DNA of 64,000 bases from Yuukianura sp. NJ FZ-2021 (taxonomy: Eukaryota), in assembly GCA_046563655.1 (NCBI GenBank), contig CM102285.1, forward strand, positions 6,200,001 through 6,264,000, read 5' to 3'. How positions within the stretch are numbered: position 1 is the first letter of the stretch; the number at the start of each line of letters is the position of its first letter. Positions 58,525 through 64,000 of this stretch are shown here, one piece after another. The notes below the pieces were generated by a model. The model searched no databases. It was not told where the DNA came from and was given only the letters and a program-made list of their open reading frames with translations. The position numbers were made by a program, and so were the translations under genes.

Positions 58525-60327
58525 TTAACTGCTTTGATACATAAAGTCCTTGAACATCGTTTGCCGCACTTCCACATATTCAAAAGGATTTTCATTTCGG
58601 GAATTCTCCACCACCAACTTGATGTCGGAAGGAACCAAAACTGTTGACCTTCGAAGCACTTTTTCGATGAGACCAAAGTCCCTGTCACAATGGTTGTAGG
58701 AGTGACCCGTGACGAAAAGTTTCTGATTGACCTTGGTAAAATAGTTAGAGCGAACTAGCAAAGTCAGTGCTGTCAACAGCATGAAGTTATTATTTTGTCC
58801 AGTACACCGGTCATTCCAAATCACGAGCTCCCTCTGTTCCCCTTGCCGTAAAACTCGAAATCGCGTGGTACAGTAGTTCCAAAGGCAACTCCCAACTTCA
58901 TTTGACCCCCTGTGCGCAATAGATTCATTCCAAACGTGCATTGTTCCAGAATTGTCGGATGAGTTATGGAGTCCAGAGTTGTAATTTGACAGCTTCCTTA
59001 AGTAGAACGCGCTACTATTCTTGACATTAGGTGTAAATATTACTTGCTGAAGATCCCCTGTCAATACAATGTATGTTGGATCTGTTCTGGCTTTTTCGCA
59101 ATCGAATTTATACGCATCGTATGCTGCTTGAGCTAAAAATTAATTTAAAAAAATCATTCAGAAAAACGGAGATTTGTAAAAAAAAATTTGTTGTACCTTC
59201 TGCGTGATGATCGCTTTGAAGTTGGGAAGTCACTTTTTGTCACTTGAGTCCAATGTGATCCAATACTGTTTACAAAGTTCATGTTTTGTCGCCAGTGGAA
59301 GAAGACAACCCTGTTTCTGGCATGGACCACAGATTTTAGCATTCTGTGGCGGAAGAATTCCCGGGTGGAAAATACCGCTTCAGGAACTATAAGGATTTCC
59401 GTTAGCCCGATTTCGTTTTGCTAATTCGTCCTTGTGTTCCAATGGGTTTAATGTTCGTCTAAAAACGCAAGACCCTTTATTTATTTTCACAATTTAATAT
59501 TTTTGATTTTTTCGGTGCGGGTTGGGCTGCGCTTATGCAACACCATGTATACACCGGCGACTGAGTGGGTTATTCAGGAACTTACTATCACCGAACGTCG
59601 TCATTTGTCAAAAATCATCTTCGTTTCTTTGTCACCTTTTTCTGTTACCGTTTTCTGGTCCATTCTTTTCATTTTAGTTAATTAATTCGACTTTTAGCTG
59701 TGTTAATTACTAAAATGCCTAAAGCGAAGAGCAAAGAGGAGAAAGCATTGACCGACTTGCATAACAATTATGTATTAAAGACAACTTATCGTTAGATAAA
59801 GTTGGCATGCAACAAAGTAAAATATTTCAGAAGTGAAATTTTCACTGAAATGAAGCGCAAACAAAATGCAATGCAAAATCACACCAAGTGCAAGAAACGA
59901 TAACAGTTTTTGCACCTTTTTTGCAGTTTTGTGCAGTATTTTTACTTTTTTATTGTGAAATAAAATGAAATAAATTGAAATCAAATGCAACAAAGTGCAG
60001 TAAGTTTTTTTATTCCATTTTATTTTATTGCACTTTATTGCAATTTTTTTCACCTGCAATGGAAAAAAAAACAGGCGTAGTCTAAAATTTTCAAGTTTGA
60101 GTCCGGTATTAGTTTTGATGAAGATTCGGATGATTAGTGGTTACAAATGATATGTCGCACGTTGTATTCAACCTTGCGGTAACGTATGGCAACAGATACA
60201 AAATCAGCGAAAATTTGCGTAAACAAAGGGTCTTGCGTTTTTAGACGAACATTAACTTCCGTTTGCGTTGGAAGTTAGCCCGGTTAATGTCGGCCTCCGT
60301 GAGCACTTTCAGTTTTTTTAAATCCAT
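58525..60327 (-). pseudogene. Decayed DDE transposase (Sola1-like), interrupted by a MITE
   Basis: DLQQ, FYLRKL.NYN, WNES.A.RGSNEVGSCL, WNDRCTGQN, GHSYNHCDRDFGLIEK. The N-terminus RKRKL-NPLEHKDELAKRNRANGNPY is restored on removing the MITE. Stops are present. Confidence 0.7.
59452..60251. mobile_element. 800-bp MITE flanked by TTAA
   Basis: 27-bp perfect TIR TGTTCGTCTAAAAACGCAAGACCCTTT. TTAA at 59448-59451 and 60252-60255. Confidence 0.85.
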
Positions 60328-60783
60328 GATTCGAAAACGAAAGACGAAACTTTTAACCAACGCATTTGAAACAAAATTGCCCCTTGATACTTTGACAACC
60401 CCGTTTCTACTCGTAAACAACATCATTTAGCGAAATAATTCGCCTTAGAAACGATATAGCCGTTTCTTCGTCTCAACGGCACAATTATGACGAATGCGAT
60501 CCTATAAGCCGTATCGACACGATAACAATCATTTATCAGGTTTGACTCTCCGTTTCGTAGGGAAAATGCATTCGATCTCTAATGTTGGCTCACTTTCACA
60601 TGAAACGTGATAAGCCGATAATTTCGGTGATTAGTTTTTTGCCAAGTTTTGATTGTCAAATTCAAAATAAAATTTTGTGTAATAAAACACTGTATTCAGT
60701 GACAATTACAAAAAAACAAATTGAAATTTTGTTCAAATTACAACGTTGCGCATATTTTTATGGTTTAAAGAATAAAAGACAGA

Positions 60784-61811
60784 ATGAAGTTTATATATTT
60801 AGTTTTGATTGTCAGTTTACGTTTACTAGTGGAAGGTAAACATTACAATGCCGAAAGCTGGAGAAACTGGGCGGAAGGCAAGTTTGAAAATTATTAACAA
60901 AATATATGTACAATTTAGAATATCATTTAACCCCGAATAAATTTTAATACTATGATTTTACAGACTTCATTGATTCTGAAGAATTCGAATGGATTTTTGA
61001 GGTATCACATGAGATCCCGATTTTTGGAAAGCTTGTAGAGGCTAGTTACGAAACATTTGACAAAGTTTTGAACAAACCACTAGGCTTAGAACTTGTCAAC
61101 GCATTTGCAAAACTACTACAATTTGCAAAAGAACTAGAACCTGATTGGAGCGAAGTAAGTTTTTGTTGAAACTTATAAAAATTATTAGGTATTATTTTTT
61201 TGCAAGTTACAGTTTCTTCTAATCTGTAACATTGTAAATTCGAATTCTGTTTCTAGCCAATGGTGTTTGTATATTTTGAAATATATTTCTATGCAGATAA
61301 ACGCTTATCTTTCCTCGAAAGGAATTCCACCTGTAGAGGAACTCTATGGCGAGTACACGGATGATATGAAAAACGGAAATTTCGACATTGACTCACGCCT
61401 TAAACGCTTCGAAACCATTCGATTCCTTGGCAAGACAGATCCAGACTTTAAAGCATTAATTTTACGTCAGGTGTCGCCACTTCTTCTGTCATCGGAAATG
61501 TTGGAACTTACCAAATTAGCAACACAATCTACAACAACCGTTGGTCCAATACTGATTGACTTCCTGATTGATGTTGTCCAGATTACTTCTGCTCAACTAG
61601 TTGATTTTCTTCATGCAACAAAGTCGTCACTTACTACCCCTTTAAACTTTCAGTCAAAACATGAATTGTAAATTTGTTCCTAAAAGCACAATCCTTGTAC
61701 AAAAATGTAAGTAAAAAACTGCTCATTAAAGTTGTAAACTTACTTCTTTGTAGTGTTTACGATGATCCAGACGTTGAGGAGAAAACTAAATTTCTGGAAG
61801 TGCCCGTATGA
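60784..61811 (+). CDS. Uncharacterised secreted helical protein, ~238 aa, 4 exons; first intron GC-AG
   Basis: MKFIYLVLIVSLRLLVEG signal peptide. Exons 60784-60877, 60964-61154, 61297-61667 and 61754-61811 join without stops. Confidence 0.65.
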
Positions 61812-61892
61812 TACCTGAGCGTTGATTTTGGTTTTTATTTCAGAGGCGGTTTTTAACACAATATATTGAAAGTTAAAATTAAAAAAATTGTC

Positions 61893-64000
61893 TTAGAGCA
61901 GTAGAACTTGGCGTCGACTTATCATCTCCTCCGTAATAGGGCTGTACGCTTTGATGTACTGAGCTATTGCTGCCGATACTTGAATATCTGCAACAGCAAA
62001 ACCAATACTGTCTTTGACATGTATTGAATATAAGTTTTACTGTAATTTGGGCGAGAAAGCTCACCGGAATAAGAAACGCTGATTGCTTTTGGTGTAATCA
62101 TGTCGTAGCCGTCACCACCACGTACAAGGTAAACTGGCATAGCAACCCTGTACACGAGTTCATCTTCAACTTCTTTGTACACACCCTGTACACCAATGGT
62201 AGAATTTCCTGAGGGGACTAGAAGATGAAGCAGGCGCTGACCCCTGGCGTTTCGTAAGTCATATGTAACGCGAAACCCAGAAACTTGCAGAAATCCTCCT
62301 GAGTGACCAAGACCAGTCGATTTAAGATCAGTTACCGAAAATTCAAACATAGCGCGTATATCTCTGCCCTGTAACTCCACAAGGGTTACAGTGTCTCTAA
62401 ATGGGAACACAGTCAATATATCGTCCATGCGGATAGGGTGATAAGCTGGAACAGAAGCTCTGAGATTTCCGCCTGTCATCATTCCCAAGGACACGTTCCA
62501 ACCAAGGTCGCGATTCTGCATCACAACAGATCCATCTTTTAAGTTCTTTGCGCTTCTCGTAAGTGAATCAAAGAATATGAATAATCGTATCAAAAAAATT
62601 ACAACAGAAAAACTTACTGCTACTGCCACCAAGGAATCTGCAACAACGTCACCCAACCCACATTCATCTTTCCTGCACAATTTCAATCCCTCCAGGAATA
62701 TCCGCGTCTCCCCTACCGTTCTCCACATCCATTTCGGAAACTTCGTTCTCAACAGCATTATGTCTTCCTCCATCTTGGGGTCCTTGGGAACTGAACTATC
62801 AAGCAGAATAGGGTTCCCTGCCCAGTACTCAACCTCTCCAGTACTATCAAAAGTGACGTTGAGGTACCCCAAGTACTTACCAAACTCATAAGCCTAAACA
62901 TTAAAAAAAATTAAATTTAAAACTCTCATTTGGAAGATTTGTCAAAAAAAGTTAATTATTTTGGAGTCACTTGTACAACAAGAACGGTACGACCGTTGAC
63001 ATTCACAATCGTCGGATATTCGCCTTCCGGCTGTTCCACACTGGGCAGCGGTGACCCTGCAATTAGGCCATAACATTGATCGACATGAAAATTCAAGTTA
63101 AAAAAAAATATTACCAATCGACAGTTTTTGAATCAAGGTTCCTTGACAACCGAATTGTATTTCCTACCACAGGTTGTCCAATAACTCAGGGTTTCAAAAA
63201 TCTTGGTTCAAACAACTTTTAGCACCAATCCCATTTAGACTACATGCAAAAAATTAACCATAGAAAGGCAGATTTGCTACTTTGAGAGAAATTGTAAAAC
63301 TTCGATTTATTGGACAACCTGGTGTAGGAAAAGTTTTCTTTTTGTTTACGAACCTTGTTTTCAATGGTGGAAATTAAAGCTCTTGCCTGTGTAAAGGAAC
63401 GTGTTTGTGTGTCCTCCGACGACAACGTCGATGTGAGGCACCTCCCGAGCCACTTTCAAATCAATATCATACCCCGCGTGACCCAGGGCAATGATTATCT
63501 TGACTCCGCTTTGCGTCAGTTTTTCTGCTTCTATCCTCACCGCTTCAAAAATGTCTTCAAACACTAACATACCAATTCTGTCTAAAGGAATCTAAAAAAT
63601 TAGCACGGAAGATTTTTAAATTTCTGCCAAATCTTTGTAAACACGGTTTAACTTACGGTTTCCAGAGTAGTGTATCCGATGATGCCAACTCTTTTCCCAT
63701 CGTACTCGACTACAACTGATTTGCTCAAATGTGCTGAAACGCGTGGTTCCTGTGAAGCGTCTATATTTGCACTTATTACAGGAAATGTCACCTCTTCCAA
63801 AAACGGAACAACTCCAGCCACTCCATCGTCAAATTCATGGTTGCCCAGCGTCTGCAGTGTAAAATACGGTTATCATTGGTGCCAAAATTTCACTTTTTTT
63901 TAATTCTCAAAAAACTGAAAAAATTCTGCTATGCATATTCAGTTAGTTTCAAAGACTTAATTTAATTCTGAATTTGGAAAATCTTGCCATGGCTGTGTGG
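61893..64000 (-). CDS. 5'-nucleotidase/apyrase family protein; 5' part lies beyond the window
   Basis: LGNHEFDDG, IIALGHAG, DVVVGGHTNTFLY, AYEFGKYLG, GNPILLD, GGFLQVSG, YLVRGGDGY. Stop at 61893-61895. Confidence 0.92.

Noticed and set aside
57073..59064. Kelch gene tail-to-tail with a transposase, resembling a ProtoRAG RAG2L/RAG1L pair
   Set aside because: The transposase has Sola-like rather than RAG1 motifs and is decayed. No enclosing CAC-type TIRs or TSD were found.

Overview
AT-rich, intron-containing eukaryotic DNA. The gene content (divergent gustatory and ionotropic receptors, JHAMT-like methyltransferases, probable horizontally acquired enzymes) suggests a small soil arthropod such as a springtail; this is inference. 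Host genes: a cytosolic bacterial-type UDP-glycosyltransferase, three GR-like chemoreceptors (one with an in-frame stop), a fungal-type GH5 exo-beta-1,3-glucanase, an intronless IR-like receptor, three tandem methyltransferase-fold genes, AMP deaminase, an SLC5 symporter, two kelch proteins, an unknown secreted protein and a partial 5'-nucleotidase/apyrase. The most striking structure is a three-level nested insertion at 23.9-36.6 kb. An RNase H-bearing LINE is split at a TGTGG target duplication by a RAG1-like Transib transposon with CACAGTA ends, about 584-bp TIRs and an intact 818-aa transposase. One TIR of that Transib is in turn split by a complete two-ORF LINE with a 13-bp TSD. Also present: an intron-rich hAT element disrupting methyltransferase copy 2, several MITEs with readable TSDs, Helitron/Helentron-like elements and a higher-order satellite. 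All calls come from reading motifs and repeats by eye; no searches were run.
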